Source: Eledone cirrhosa (taxonomy: Eukaryota). From it: DNA of 64,000 bases. The notes beneath the pieces are model-generated. The model ran no database searches. It was given only the letters and a program-made list of their open reading frames with translations, and was not told where the DNA came from. Below are positions 23,979 to 37,559 of this stretch, in pieces; position 1 is the stretch's first letter, and each line of letters begins with the position of its first letter. The stretch spans positions 72,168,001 to 72,232,000 of the forward strand of contig OZ024747.1 in the NCBI GenBank assembly GCA_964016885.1, written 5' to 3'. The position numbers and the translations under genes are program-made.

Positions 23979-24695
23979 GTGAACATTTTGATTTTTTTTT
24001 TACATGTTTTGCAAGCTGGTTTATCACCACCATCATCATCCTCACCACCATTTAATGTCCATTTTTCCATGCTAGCATGGGTTAGATGAGTTGTCCCATT
24101 GTGAGACAAGTGAAATCAGATGACCGTGTCTTTGCTCATACAGAACTTTATGTAGGTGGCTAATCGACAGAGTAAACCAGCTCTTGCTGGCAGGAAGAAT
24201 GGTCATTAAATGTTGTTTTTGTTGTTGATGATGGTGATGGTGATGATGATGATGAGCAATAAATTAAATGACTAAGTTTCAAAAATCTGGTACAATACAG
24301 TAGAAATATATAAAGGGCAAAGGATGATAACTAAAACAAAACAAAATAATGTTTTACCCAGTATTTGTTCTAGATTCCAGCACTTTGAGTTCAAATGTCT
24401 TTGAGGTAAACTTTGCCTTTCATTCTAATGAGGTTGATAAATAAAGTACCACACTAGGGCCAATGGATAGGCAGAATTGTTAAAGAGCCAGGTGACTCTG
24501 TGCATTCAAATCACACCCCCTTCTGCCAGGCAACATCTACAATGGAAAAATAACAAAATAACAATGGAAACAGTTTTCTTGGTCTAGTTTGACAAGTGTC
24601 ACTTTTACTTTCCTCTGTTGAAAGCAGGACGGGATTTATCGAGGGGGCAAATGCTCTGGGCCCCCTTTATCAAACAGAGCTCCCTACTCTTCGAA

Positions 24696-26535
24696 CATCA
24701 TCATCATCATCATCGTTTAACGTCCATATTCCACGCTCGCATGGGCTTGGACGGGAGTTTTCCCACTTGAGGCAAGAGTGGTTGTCTTGCTTGCATAGGA
24801 CTGTCTGGCGGGTTTTCTACGGCTGGATGCCCTTCCTAACACCAACCACATTTACAGTGTGGAACTGGGAGGTTTTTACCGAGTTACCTACACGGCCACA
24901 TTACAGCGTGGACTGTGTGTTTTTTTGTCGTGACACCTACACGACCTCGTTTGTTTCGGGCTGGATGTTGTGGTACCAACATAACTTTACATTGAAAGGT
25001 GTGGTGTGGATGGGGTGGGGGTAGTGGGACGGGGGTGTATTTTGTTAGAGGTGCCTACTGACTGTAGTAGGTTTCACTTTGCACTTAGGTAAGGCGGGTC
25101 TTCTCTATTACTGTGTAGCGCCAAAGATCTCGGTCCAGTGACATTGTCTTGGAGAGGTGTAAGTGTGTGAGGTCGGAATTTATCAAGTCGTCCCAGGTTT
25201 TTCTGGGTCTGCCTACTCCGTGGCTACCGTCTATTTTTATTGCCCTGCACTTTTTTTATACAGCTGTCATCTTTCATGCGCATCACATGACCATACCAAC
25301 GTAGTCTTCTCTCGAGTAAACAACATCTGATCCCTCTTATTTCTAATTTCTCCCTTAGTTCGTTTATGCTTTGCCATTCACGTATATTACTATTACACAT
25401 CCAGCGGAGCATGCAAGCTTCGTTTCTCTCCAGTCTGCGTATATCCTCTGCACACAATGCCCAGGTCTCACTGCCATGTAACATTGCTGTTCGTATGCAG
25501 GCATCATACAGCCTGCCTTTCATTTTTAGAGAGAACCCTTTAGCGGCCAATAGTGGTATAAGCTCTCTGAACTTTTTCCATCCTGTTCTGACTCTAGCTA
25601 CTGTACTTTCAGAGCACCCTCCCCCACTGCTGATTTTGTCACCCAGGTAACGGAAGCTGTCCACTATTTCTATAGAACCATCTGTGCAATGGAATGAGTT
25701 AGTATTCTGTGGACACTTGCTGCTACTTATTGCACCAGAGCACCGGCCACATATAAAATCTATATTCTTAGTTAGCTTACCTGTGATCCCACTACATCTT
25801 TTATGTACCCATACTTTGCATTTGGGACATAAAATGGAGTTTCTACCTACTCCTTTCCTACACACTGAGCATGGCCATTTCCCAGATGGGACCAGTGCCC
25901 TATTTTCCTTCCTACAAACTAGAACTTTAGTCTTAGACAAGTTAACTTTAAGGCCTTTTGATTCTAGGCCATGCTTCCATGTTTGGAATTTCTTCTCTAG
26001 GTCAGCCATTGATTCAGCTATGAGCGTTAGATCATCTGCATATAGGAGTTCCCATGGGCAGCCGGTCTTGAACTCCTCTGTTATAGCCTGAAGGGCAATA
26101 ATAAATAGTAGGGGGCTAAGGACGGAGCCCTGATGAACACCAACTTTTACGCTAAACTCTTCACTATATTCGTTAATTCTAACCTTGCTGACTGTTTCTT
26201 TATACATGGCTTGTATAGCTCTCACAAGCCATTCATCAACACCTAGTTTTCTATGGGCCCACCAGATAATCGATTGGCGTACTCTGTCAAAGGCTTTCTC
26301 CAAGTCAACAAACTCTAAGTATAGGGGTTTACTTTTAGCTAGGTACTTCTCCTGTAGTTGTCGTACAATGAAAAGAGCGTCTGTTGTACTTTTACCTGAC
26401 ACAAAACCGAACTGCATTTCGTCTAGATCAATTCGCTCTCTGATTAGTTGCGCTATTACTTTTTCTGTGACCTTCATGACCTGGTCAATTAATTTAATGC
26501 CTCTATAGTTTCCCCTATCTAAGGCATCACCTTTC
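24696..26535 (-). mobile_element. 5'-truncated RTE copy in an intron (RT + PHD + C-terminus, late frameshift)
   Basis: 437-aa ORF closely similar to the full-length element; frameshift in an A-run near 25255; (CAT)n tail at 24696. Confidence 0.95.
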
Positions 26536-26672
26536 ATGTGTGTATATATCTACTATAACAAGTAGATATCTCCTGGCCTCATTAGTATATGGCTTGTTTC
26601 TTTCTACAATGTTCTTTGATTTCACAGTCTGCAGCAAACTCCTTTGAATGATTTTTTTTTCTTTTGTTTCAG

Positions 26673-26864
26673 CCATGTAAACCTGAAGATTTTATAGTCA
26701 GCATGCCTCCTCTTGATATAGCTGGATACAGAATTTATGTGAAGAAAAAGCAGAAACAAGAAAGATATCATTTTATAATGAAAATAGCCTTCATTATCCT
26801 TTTCCTATTAACTATAGTAACTATTGTTATGATAATACTATATTTTGAAGTAATAAAAAGATGA
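26673..26864 (+). CDS. Unidentified gene, last coding exon with a C-terminal transmembrane helix
   Basis: Strong acceptor TTTTTTTTTCTTTTGTTTCAG, phase 0; basic patch KKKQKQERY, then IAFIILFLLTIVTIVMIILYF (26784-26846), then EVIKR*. Confidence 0.72.
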   Translation, partial: PCKPEDFIVSMPPLDIAGYRIYVKKKQKQERYHFIMKIAFIILFLLTIVTIVMIILYFEVIKR

Positions 26865-27564
26865 CATAAATAACACGGAGTACTTGATCTTTTATCTCTT
26901 TCTTGTTGTTGTTCTTGCTTTTATTATCTTTTTATAGTTACTTCAAATGGTTTATTTACTCAAAACTTGACATAGATAAGAGACACATGTAAGGTGTTCA
27001 TGAACCCAAAGTTCCAATATATATATATATACATATACATAAATAAGACCGTTATTCCCCCAACTAGTCTACTCACCTTCAGTAAATACTCTAAACTGAA
27101 AGCTAACCCATATCCAAGACTTCTATCAAACAAACCGAACTCACCCTCTAAATTCGTCAAATCATACATGGATGACCCATTCTCCTTGACACGGCTTATA
27201 CAACCATACCTTATTAGCCATCCATATATAAATACAAGTAGTTTGTGGATACAACTAGGACCAGATTTTCACCTGCTGAAGCCTTAGGCTATATGAAATT
27301 TGAGGCTCTTCTCTAAAAAGATTTGGGTAAAAAAATAAAAAATATTTATACATGATTATTATTTTTTATATTAATGGTAATGATAAAGAATAAATAATAT
27401 ATATACTAACCCATGGCAGCATGGAAAAGTGAACATTAAATGGTGATGATGATGATATAATTTTTGATGATTTTGGGTTAAAGAATAAAAACCAATGATG
27501 AAATAAAAATATATTTTTAAAAATGAGGTCCCCGGGGGTATTATAGCTTTTGACCTGAGGCTAA

Positions 27565-27965
27565 ATAATTGTTTCTACTTTAGGTACAAGGCCAGCAATT
27601 ACCCAGTACATTACTGGTACTTTATTTTATCGACCCCGTAAGGATGAAAGGCAAAGTTAACCTCGGCGGGATTTGAACTCAGACTGTAAAGGGACGTAAC
27701 TATGCTAGAAAGCATGGCGTCCGACTCTCTACCGATACTGCCAATGCTAAATAATGGTTTTTGATTTAGGCACAAGGCCAACAAATTTTGAGAAGAGAAA
27801 ATTCGACCCTATTGCATTACTGGTACTTATTTTATTGACCCCGTTAGGATGAAAGGCAAAGATAACCTTGGTGAGATTTGAACTCAGAATGTAAAGGGAC
27901 GTAACTATATGCTGCAAAGCGTGTTGTTTGATGCTCTACCAACACTGCCAACCCACCACCCTTCC
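27565..27965 (-). mobile_element. Two head-to-tail Meta-core SINEs sharing one target site
   Basis: GCTAAATAA at 27560, 27746 and 27970 brackets both copies. Confidence 0.88.
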
Positions 27966-29589
27966 TGGGGCTAAATAACACCAAGAGCAACAAAACTGAG
28001 AACATTTTTTTAAAATTTACTTTTATTTTGCAAAATACAAGAAACTCTTCACAGAATCTTAGAGATTTTTACATGAAACAGAAAAACAAATTTCCAAATT
28101 TCCACCATTTGGGTGTTTTTTTAATAATGGTAGATTGGAAGATAAATGTAAAAAGCATCAGCAATGCTAAGAATGTCTGGAATTTTATGGACTTGATATG
28201 TTTTACAAATATATGAATAAACATTTGAATTTTTCCTCTGTTGACTTAGATTCTCATATACATATATCCACCTATTTATGGTGGGCTAATAACAATATAC
28301 ATATATAAACACACACATATATATATATGAACTTTTTTATATTTATAAATTATATATATATATGGATAGAAATTAAAAAAAACAAAATATCCACTTGTAC
28401 CCTTAGGTGTGTTGTAAGAAGAGCCGTCATTCTGCAGTGAGTTGGAAGGCCTGTCCAGGCATGATGCCAGTGACATCAGGTTTTCTTTGGTACCATCATT
28501 CCATTTCTTCTAATCAGTGGTGACTCCAGCACTTGAGCTACTCAGACTAAATCTAAATATCCTGACTGCTAAGTCTGTCTATTTCTAACGAACAAGAAAT
28601 ATCTCAGAACACTATATTCATTCTTAACTTTATATTGATTCCAAAGTGTGACTTAAGCTGAGAAATTTCCCCTCAAACTATTAAGAATCAAATAATTCTG
28701 AATCATTTTAATCCATTATTCTTCAATGGAATATAGCTTTGCTTCAATTTTATAATATTTGAACAAAATTTAACCTGAACTCATAAAATTTAATCTAGTA
28801 AAGCAAACAAGCTGTATCATCAAAATGAACAGTGAGTGAAAATGTCTGAAAAGTTTAAATTTTGGGACTAACGTATATGTTTTTAATCTGCTACTGCTAG
28901 GCCTGAATAACATTGATAAGCTAGAATCACAACTGATATATTATGTGTGTACATGTGTGTGTATATAAATATGCAAAGTCAGCCAATAAAATGTATACAC
29001 ACTTCAGGAAAAGATATATATATTCAAGTATTCAACAGTACCTTTTTTGCATCAAGATATCTCAACATGGAAATACATTTTTTTGTATGTGTGTGTGTGT
29101 ATAGGTATTTAAACAAGTTAGATATTTATACAAGTTTTTCTTTTCCTCAAGTGTGTATACATTTTTTGCAGTTATGCCATCTTGGATAAAACAGGTGTCC
29201 TTTTGATTAGGAACACACCAAAACTTCTTCCTCCACGAGATTGTCATCCAACTGTTTTACACTTGATGGCAGTTTTGTTAGTACAATTGTATCATACATA
29301 TACTGCTATTTATGTCACTGAAGACTGGGTTTTTTCATTTGCACTGTATTACATTCTTGGCACCAATATCTGTTAATTCCTCACCAAGCCTTCCTGAGAT
29401 CTCAAAGAGTAAAAAACAGAAAATGTTTTTATAATTATGTTTTTTCATGTTTGAATAAAACATAAGACATTTGCAGAGTAAACTATTATTAAATCCCTCT
29501 GATTCAGTAATATTTCATGAAGATAAACATGTAACTTGCTAACAGATGGTATACAATGCATACTAAGTCGACAAGCCAAAAGACCAATA

Positions 29590-29890
29590 GCTAGTATATT
29601 GTGAAACTAGAAAGGTCTCATTAGTCTGGGAATAAAACCTTCTAAGACTAGATAAGTCGATAAAAATGCCTGAGTGCCTGGCTAGTACATAGTGAGACTG
29701 AGAAGGTCTCATTAGTCTGAGAAGACAACCTTCTAAGAAAAGTTGATAAAAATGTCAGACTGACAGAGTGTCTGGTTAGTAAGTGGCTAGTACATTGTGA
29801 GACAGAGAAGAAAGTCTCTATTAGTTTGAGAAGACAACCTTCTAAGACAAGTTGATAAAAATGTCAGACTGACAGATTGCCTGGTCAGTG
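29590..29890. repeat. Three imperfect ~90-120-bp tandem repeats
   Basis: Recurring GCTAGTACATTGTGAGAC...GTCTC.ATTAGT.TGAGAAGACAACCTTCTAAGA...AAGTTGATAAAAATG. Confidence 0.85.
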
Positions 29891-30253
29891 TCAAATTAAC
29901 ATGGCAGCATTTATTGGTCAGTTGTACAACTAAAAACCTTCAATAACTTTTTAACCTTAAAGGAAGGTATGGACTGGACTTGAAGAGAGATACATATAAT
30001 AGTGACTGCTATATCTTACAGAAGAAGAAATGAGAATTGTAAACAATCTGAATAGATCAATATTTATTCTACAGATCTTGGAATAACTTGGTCTCATGTA
30101 TGTAGCAGGACAAATAGATGAGTAGCAGAGAGTCATGTCCTATAGATTAAATGGTTTCTAGGCTCAAGTACTGTACTGCATGCAATTTCATGCTTTAAAA
30201 TAAGTTATGTAATGAGGATTAGGTCATATATAGGTTTATGTGGAGCTGAATGT

Positions 30254-30440
30254 AGTTGAAGATATCAGATACATAGGAGGTTGAGTAAGCAGCTCTGATA
30301 TTGATATTAAAATCAGGAAAACCTAGGCATGGACAATGTGTAATAAAATGCAGACAATCTGGAAGTCAAGATTGCCAAGGGCAACAAAGATAAGGCCATT
30401 CCCAGCCTATGTAGAATTGGTGCTCTTGTATGTATGGCAG
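30254..30440 (+). pseudogene. Old RTE-like LINE relic (different family)
   Basis: Reads VEDIRYIGG*VSSSDIDIKIRKT*AWTMCNKMQTIWKSRLPRATKIR...VELVLLY, typical of the post-RT region of RTE elements. Confidence 0.6.
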
Positions 30441-31605
30441 TCAGATATGGACTCATAAAACAAGGAAGGATGCTACATGTGACTTTTGATGTGAAGTGGC
30501 AGTAGTGTATGATAAATGAATATCTGTATGGAAATCTTCTGAAAGTATATTAGAAGACCAGAGAATATCAACTCCATCTGTGAAGACATTGTAGTGCACA
30601 TCAATGACATCTGGAAGAGGAAGTATCAAAGCTGGTCCTGTGATATTCATAGCACTGAGTGGGAAAGTGTAGTAGATATCATTTCACATATAGTGACAAC
30701 CTAACGCAGGATACTGGCATGCAATTTTTCCAGAGAAGTGTCATTAAGGGAACTTGTTGCACTTGTCTGAACAGGAGCCCAGGAAAACTAAGGTCATATA
30801 CAAGTTTAGGTTGGAAAAGAAACTGTTTAAGCCATATAACCATGTCTATCTAGGTATCTAGTTTGAAATTGACTTTGTTGTATCTTTGTGTTTCTTTAAA
30901 CTTAATTGAAACTAAAAATAGGCTCCATCCTCTATGATACATAACTGTTTATTTTAATATGTTTATATTTATTTAAAAAGCTTCCATCATAATTTTATGT
31001 AAGAACTTTAAACACCAGCTTAATAATGCAAAAGTTAGGTATATTACGAAATCCCTCTATATTCTTGATTATTTTCAAAATTAATTAAAAATAATAATTA
31101 GTGACTTTCATGAATAATATGGTAATGAAAAGGTTGATAATTATTATATTCTTTTTTTGAGCCAAGAGGCTTATCAGAGTAGAGTTTACCTTGGTTTTAT
31201 GGGACATAAAGCAACTGAGACAGGATGCTAATCTGTTGCAAGTTTAGCCCCTAGCTGCTGTTGGTAGTTGTTATTTCGGCTGAATGGACTGGAATGATGT
31301 GAAATGAAGCGTCTTGCTCAAGGACCCAATGCGTTATCTGGTTTGAGAATCAAACACACATTATGATTGTGAGCCCAGCACTAGGCAATAAGCATTATGA
31401 TATTGTCATTTTGTATTAATTATATTTATCATCATGCAGGGTATCTTCTGACTTATCAAATTGACCGAAGTACTCACTAATTCAAACATTGCACACAAGA
31501 AGCAATCATACATGCTTACATGGCTATATATAGCTGGGTTTCTGCAGTATATCGGGAGGTGACCACAGTTAAAAAAGGATACTCAATATGTTAGTAAAGT
31601 ATGGC

Positions 31606-32757
31606 ATCATCATCATCATCATCATCGTTTAACGTCCATGTTCCACGCTTGCATGGGTTTGGACGGGAGTTTTCCCACTTGAGGCAAGAGTGGTTGTCTT
31701 GCTCGCATAGGACTGTCTGGCGGGTTTTCTACAGTTGGATGCCCTTCCTAACACCAACCACATTTACAGTGTGGGGCTGGGAGGTTTTTACCGTGTTGCC
31801 TACACGGCCACATTACAGCATGGACTGTCTGGCGGGTTTTCTACAGCTGGATGCCCTTCCTAACACCAACCACATTTACAGTGTGGGACTGGGAGGTTTT
31901 ACTGTGTTACCTACACGGCCACATTACAGCGTGGACTGTGTTTTTTTTGTCGTGACACCTACACGATCTCATTTGTTTCGGCCTGGATGTTGTGGCACCA
32001 ACATAACTTTACATTGAAAGGGGCGGTGTGGATGGGGTGGGGGTGGTGGGACGGGGGTGTATTTTGTTAGAGATGCCTGCTGACTGTAGTAGGTTTTACT
32101 TTGTATTTAGGTAAGGCGGGTCTTCTCTATTACTGAGTACCGCCAAAGGTCTCGGTCCAGTGACATTGTCTTGGAGAGGTGTAAGTGTGTGAGGTCGGAA
32201 TTTATCAAGTCGTCCCAGGTTTTTCTGGGTCTGCCTACTCCGTGGCTACCATCTATCTTTATTGCCCTGCACTTTGCTATACAGCTGTCGTCTTTCATGC
32301 GCATCACGTGACCATACCAACGTAGCCTTATCTCGAGTAAACAACATCTGATCCCTCTTATTTCTAATTTTTTCCTTAGTTCGTTTATGCTTTGCCGTTC
32401 ACGTATATTACTATTACACATCCAGCGGAGCATGCAAGCTTCGTTCCTCTCTAGTCTGCGTATATCCTCAGCACACAATGCCCAGGTCTCACTGCCATGC
32501 AACATTGATGTTCGTATGCAGGCATCATACAACCTGCCTTTCATTTTTAGGGAGAACCCTTTAGCGGCTAATAGTGGTATAAGCTCTCTGAACTTTTTCC
32601 ATCCTGTTCTGACTCTAGCTACTGTACTTTCAGAGCACCCTCCCGAACTGCTGATTTTGTCACCCAGGTAACGGAAGCTGTCCACTATTTCTATAGAACC
32701 CTCTGCGCAATTGAAAGAGCTAGTATTCTGTGGGCACTTGCTGCTACTTATTGCACC
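31606..32757 (-). mobile_element. 5'-truncated RTE copy with a tandem duplication in the 3' UTR
   Basis: 192-aa C-terminal ORF; ~112-bp UTR duplication (31710-31821 / 31822-31932); (CAT)n tail. Confidence 0.95.
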
Positions 32758-33955
32758 ATTTATTTTATCATAGAAATGACTTCTACATAAATAGAACTAT
32801 TTCATTTGTAAGGAATCATCAATATATATGTATACACACATAAGTGTGAGGTATGGTTAAGGAGTTCACTTTGCAACCTCATGGTTTCTGGTTCAGACCA
32901 CTACAATAACCTCGGCTTGACTAATGCCTTCTGAGTGAAATTTGGTTGAAAGAAACTATGTGGATACCCACTGTATGACCCCTTAGCCTTTGTCAAGGCA
33001 GAATTCTAGGAGAAGGAAAATTCTGATATAACACCTGCAACCCTGATGGTATCCAATGATGTTGACTTGTTCTTCTTTTTGGTAAATATCATCTTGGTTA
33101 AGAGAGTGGGACTGGCTTTGTGCAGTACCTTTGCTCACTATAAAAGCTTCACGGCACAGGCATTGCTTTATATCTGGAGATCTCTCTGCACTTGTCGTCA
33201 CATGGTACCATGGGCCCAGCACTATGTGTCAATGATTGTCACAAGTGTAGTGTTTGTACCAGAGTTTTCAAGTCGCTGGCTGGACTAAAAAGTCACACTC
33301 GTTCAGCGCATCGGTAGGGGTTCTCCTACATGGATATAAAGTAGTGGCCGTACTCGAAAACGAGTTGGCAGCCACCATATATATATATATATATATATAT
33401 ACATACGTGTGTGTATGTTTCCATTTACTGTTTATTTATGTCCTATGAATAGCACTTAGCAGTTCAACGAAAAGGTATCAATAAAATAAATACCAGGCTT
33501 GAAAAAGATAAGTACTGGGGTTAATATGTTCAACTAAACCCCTTAGAATAGACATTACAATACAACTGGAGGAAACAATAGTACCATTGATGATGTCACA
33601 GGTGTGTGATGATGGGGGGTGGAAATAAAAATCTGAAAAATTAATAAGCGGGGACAATGATTAATCGAGACCTAAGAGTATATATATTTACACAAGTAAA
33701 TATAGAATCTTTAACAATTGATTCTAAATTTAGTAAAAAAATATATACACCCTACACATGTAAAAGTCAAATAGTTTAGACTAAATTTATGGGTTTGATT
33801 GTTACATGGTTACTACTTTTGGGTGGTTAAAATTCACACTAAAACCCCAAATGCTGTATCAATTAGCAGATGTCCAAATAGACTCTAAATGATATAAAAC
33901 AAAACCAACTAACTACAGTAACAATACTGATGTTTCTATGCATCAACAAAACATA

Positions 33956-34156
33956 TACAAGGGAGGGCTGAACTGTTTATAGGCTGACTATGAAGGATTG
34001 ATGCTAGAGCAGTAAAATCTTGCATGCATTAATTTCAACTTTTCTTATTAATAATTGCATTGTTTCTTTCCAGTGACTATGTTGAAAAATAAACCACATT
34101 TGGTTATACCATGAGTATATCTTGGTCAGCCTATGAATTTTTCAGTGGACCTTAGT
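33956..34156. mobile_element. Mariner-like MITE (same family as 9054-9565)
   Basis: GGCTGAA..GTTTATAGGCTGAC ... GTCAGCCTATGAATTTTTCAG termini and shared internal sequence. Confidence 0.7.
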
Positions 34157-34932
34157 AAATTAGGCTATGTAGCTCTTATAAATATTTCTGCTTGTGTACA
34201 TCATAAAATAAGTGCAAATAAAATTTATTTCTTCCTCACAACATTTCTGTTCGAGGTAATAACTTGATTCACAAATGTTGATCTGTTGTATATGAAGAAC
34301 TAGAGTTGATTTTTTCATGAGGTACAGAGATAAATCCAAATTTTTTGACAATAAAAAATAGGGACTTAACTTTTATGTGGGATTGACTTTCACACAAATA
34401 TATGCAGTATATATATTTTCTTTCTTTATCTAAATTTTTCTCCCTTCCCTCTTCTAAATTTTCTAAATTTATAAATTCCCCACAAAGTATATTTTCTCTC
34501 ATAATGAAAATATCAAAATAAAAAAATGTAAAAAATTTAAAACATAAAACAGCATTGATTCAATTTATATTATTCTATTACTAACTTGGTTCAGTCATAT
34601 ATATACATATATACATAAACACACACACATATATATATATAAACATGTATGTATGTATATGAGTCGAATTAAATGCAGGCGAACCTATTGATTTTAATTA
34701 TAAGCCTCGCTGTGAAAACAAACAAATATGAATACTTTTGTTAACTTCCTTTGTACACAGAAAAAATATACATAAGCATATGTATATATACATACACATA
34801 AACACACAAACAAAAAAAAAATATATATATACACCCACACATGCACATATACATGCAACAGTGCACCTATATATACATATATTTGAAGGACCACAGGTGA
34901 GACCTAGGTGGAATGGACACTGACCAAAGCTT

Positions 34933-35183
34933 TCATCTAGTCCTGCTTTCCATGAGATCTGCTTCATCTGGGTAAATAACCTTGTTGACAAACATATCAG
35001 AGCCTGGAATGACGGGGATGTTATCAAATAACATCTGATGGAAACACAGAGCAATAGTGATAGGTTTGTTACCATACTCATAACATTTTTTCAGGTAGGC
35101 ATCATAGTAACCCTTGCCTCGTCCAAGACGTGCTCCGGCCAATGAGAAAGCAAGTCCTGGCATCACAATGAGATCTAACCCAC
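34933..35183 (-). CDS. MTHFS: 5-formyltetrahydrofolate cyclo-ligase, exon 3
   Basis: [30 protein letters not shown] signature; acceptor TTTTCAG at 35184-35190, phase 1; stop at 34933-34935. Confidence 0.96.
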
Positions 35184-35997
35184 CTGAAAAAGAAAATGAC
35201 ATTGATTTATAAATCAGAAACAATACATCACACACACACATATATACATTATCATCATTATCATCCTTAACGTCCTATTTGCATCCACTTTTCCATGCTG
35301 GTATGGGTTGGATGGGATGGTTTGAGACAATACTCTTCCTAATGCCAACCCTTTTAGTTACTTATGACACACTGGTATATTTAACCTATTCTAAAAACCG
35401 GAGTACACATGGCCATAGATACATTTAAAAAATTTATCAGCCACACATACAACATATCACTTAAATTTTCTCCTGCTGATGTCATAACAAAAGAGCACCT
35501 AGTCCTTCCTGTAAGGTAACATGACAAAAGAGTACCTAGCCCTCCCTCTAAGGCCCTAGTTCACACTGTAAAGTGGTCATTTTGGTGACACAACACAAAG
35601 CGCCCACTTAACATTCAATACATCAGTTATGTATATGGATGTATGGTCCCATAACTCCTAAGGGAGTTGCAAGGATGCTGTATTGACAGCATTTCTTAGG
35701 CATTTTTATACCTCATGGAGCCTATCTTTCCATGTCTGAATATAGCAGATTTCCTTTAGAGAAGAATAAAGAGTGAGAGAATGGAAGTGAGAAAGAAAGA
35801 TAGAGGAAGAATCGAACCCAGTACTTGACTGGTACTTTTTTTTATCGACCTTGAATGGATGAAAGGCAAAGTCCACCTTGGTGGGATTTAAACAGAGAGC
35901 AGAGAGCCAAGACAAATACCATGAAACATTCTATCTGACATTTTAATGACTCTGTCAATTCACTGCATACATCAGTTTATATTAACAATAATAATAA

Positions 35998-36181
35998 TAA
36001 TTGTTTCTACTTTTCGCACAAGGCCAGCATTTACCCAGTGCATTACTGGTACTTTATTTTATAGACCCCGTAAGGATGAAAAGCAAAGTTAAACTCGGCC
36101 GGATTTGAACTCAGAATGGCAAGGGCCGTAACTCTATGCATCAAAGCATGGTGTCCGATCCTCTACCGATACTGCCAATCC
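35998..36181 (-). mobile_element. Meta-core SINE in MTHFS intron 2, ~35 nt from the exon 2 donor
   Basis: Consensus match; inserted in an (AAT)n tract. Confidence 0.88.
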
Positions 36182-36215
36182 ATAATAATAATGATAATCT
36201 GAATAGTCTTCTTAC

Positions 36216-36471
36216 CAGTTTCTAGAGCATCAGTGCGTACATCATCATCACTAGGTTGTTTTATATTCCAGTTGGTAAGTGGAAGGTTTTCATAATCTTC
36301 TAGTGACTTTAGTGGTACCATTTTCATGTTTGTGCCACTGTAGTGTGGGATAAAGCAAGTCTTATTGGAAGACAAGATTTTCTTCATGATCATCTCTGTA
36401 CGCACCTCATCAGATGTACTCAGGTAGATTGAGATTCGTTTACTGGCTTCAAATTCTGGGAGGTTCAGCAG
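36216..36471 (-). CDS. MTHFS: 5-formyltetrahydrofolate cyclo-ligase, exon 2
   Basis: LLNLPEFEASKRISIYLSTSDEVRT...KTCFIPHY...LPLTNWNIKQP...DALETG; pyrimidine-rich acceptor ending AAG, donor G|GTAAG, phase 0-1 (256 nt). Confidence 0.95.
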
Positions 36472-36665
36472 CTTTATATAAGATAAATAGAGAGAGACTT
36501 AGAGAGGCTGAAAAAAGTTGAGAGTTACAGAGGGGGTAGAGAGGGAGATTGAGGAGACAGTTTACTGGCTTCAAATTCTGGGAAGTTTAGCAGTTTTATA
36601 TAAGACTAGCTAAGGTACCCAGCTTTGCTTGGGTAAACAGCTGATAAGAGAAAATGACTGTATTG

Positions 36666-36697
<32 letters not shown>

Positions 36698-37077
36698 AAC
36701 AAAAAAAAAACCCAAACAGTATAAAATCTTCCAGATACAACCAGATTCCTCATTTTACTGTTTGTGCACAGTATATGAAGATTTCTAGGTGTTCCCACTC
36801 ATGAACAACCTACATATAACTGTCCATGGGGAAAAGCGATTCTCTTGTATCCAATCCTACAATGTTGAGACTCTGAGCCTGAGCTTTATTTATTGTCATA
36901 GTTAAACTAGCTGTAATAGGGAACTGAAGTCTTGAGAATTTGAATGGCAGCTTAGTAAAGAAAGGGATGAGAGGAATCTTGAGAATAAATGCATTTTCTT
37001 CTTGATGATTGCCTCCATCTTAATCTTGTTACTTTGGAGTTTCGCCTGTTTATCAGAGGTTCTTGTCTGATGACCCT

Positions 37078-37320
37078 GTTATATTTATGACAGGTACTAG
37101 TGTTATATTTATGACAGGTACTAGTGTTATATCAATGACAGGTACTAGTGCTATATTTATGACAGGTACTAGTGTTATATTTATGACAGGTACTAGTGTT
37201 ATATTTATGACAGGTACTAGTGTTATATGACAGGTACTAGTGTTATATCAATGACAGGTACTAGTGCTATATCAATGACAGGTACTAGTGCTATATCTAT
37301 GATTGGTACTGGTGTTATAT
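37078..37320. repeat. 24-bp minisatellite, ~10 copies
   Basis: Unit GTTATATTTATGACAGGTACTAGT. Confidence 0.95.
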
Positions 37321-37559
37321 TTGTATGACATGGCACTTTATAGCTGCCACAACAGGTTGTTAGTAAATACTGCATGCTGTTATCATTATATTGTCATTTC
37401 TGTTAATCAATAATCAACTGCATAGCTAACGAGCAATTATCATGTTAACATAATCAAAAAACTTGAATCAGTTACCTGATATGTTAACATATCAGGTAAC
37501 TGATACAAGTTTTTTTAGTTTTTTCCTATCGGCTGCATTTCCCCTCACTCCCCCCTCCA

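Noticed and set aside
33250-33315. Possible hammerhead on the minus strand (CTGAACGA...GAAA)
   Set aside because: Core spacing is wrong and stems I and III do not pair convincingly.
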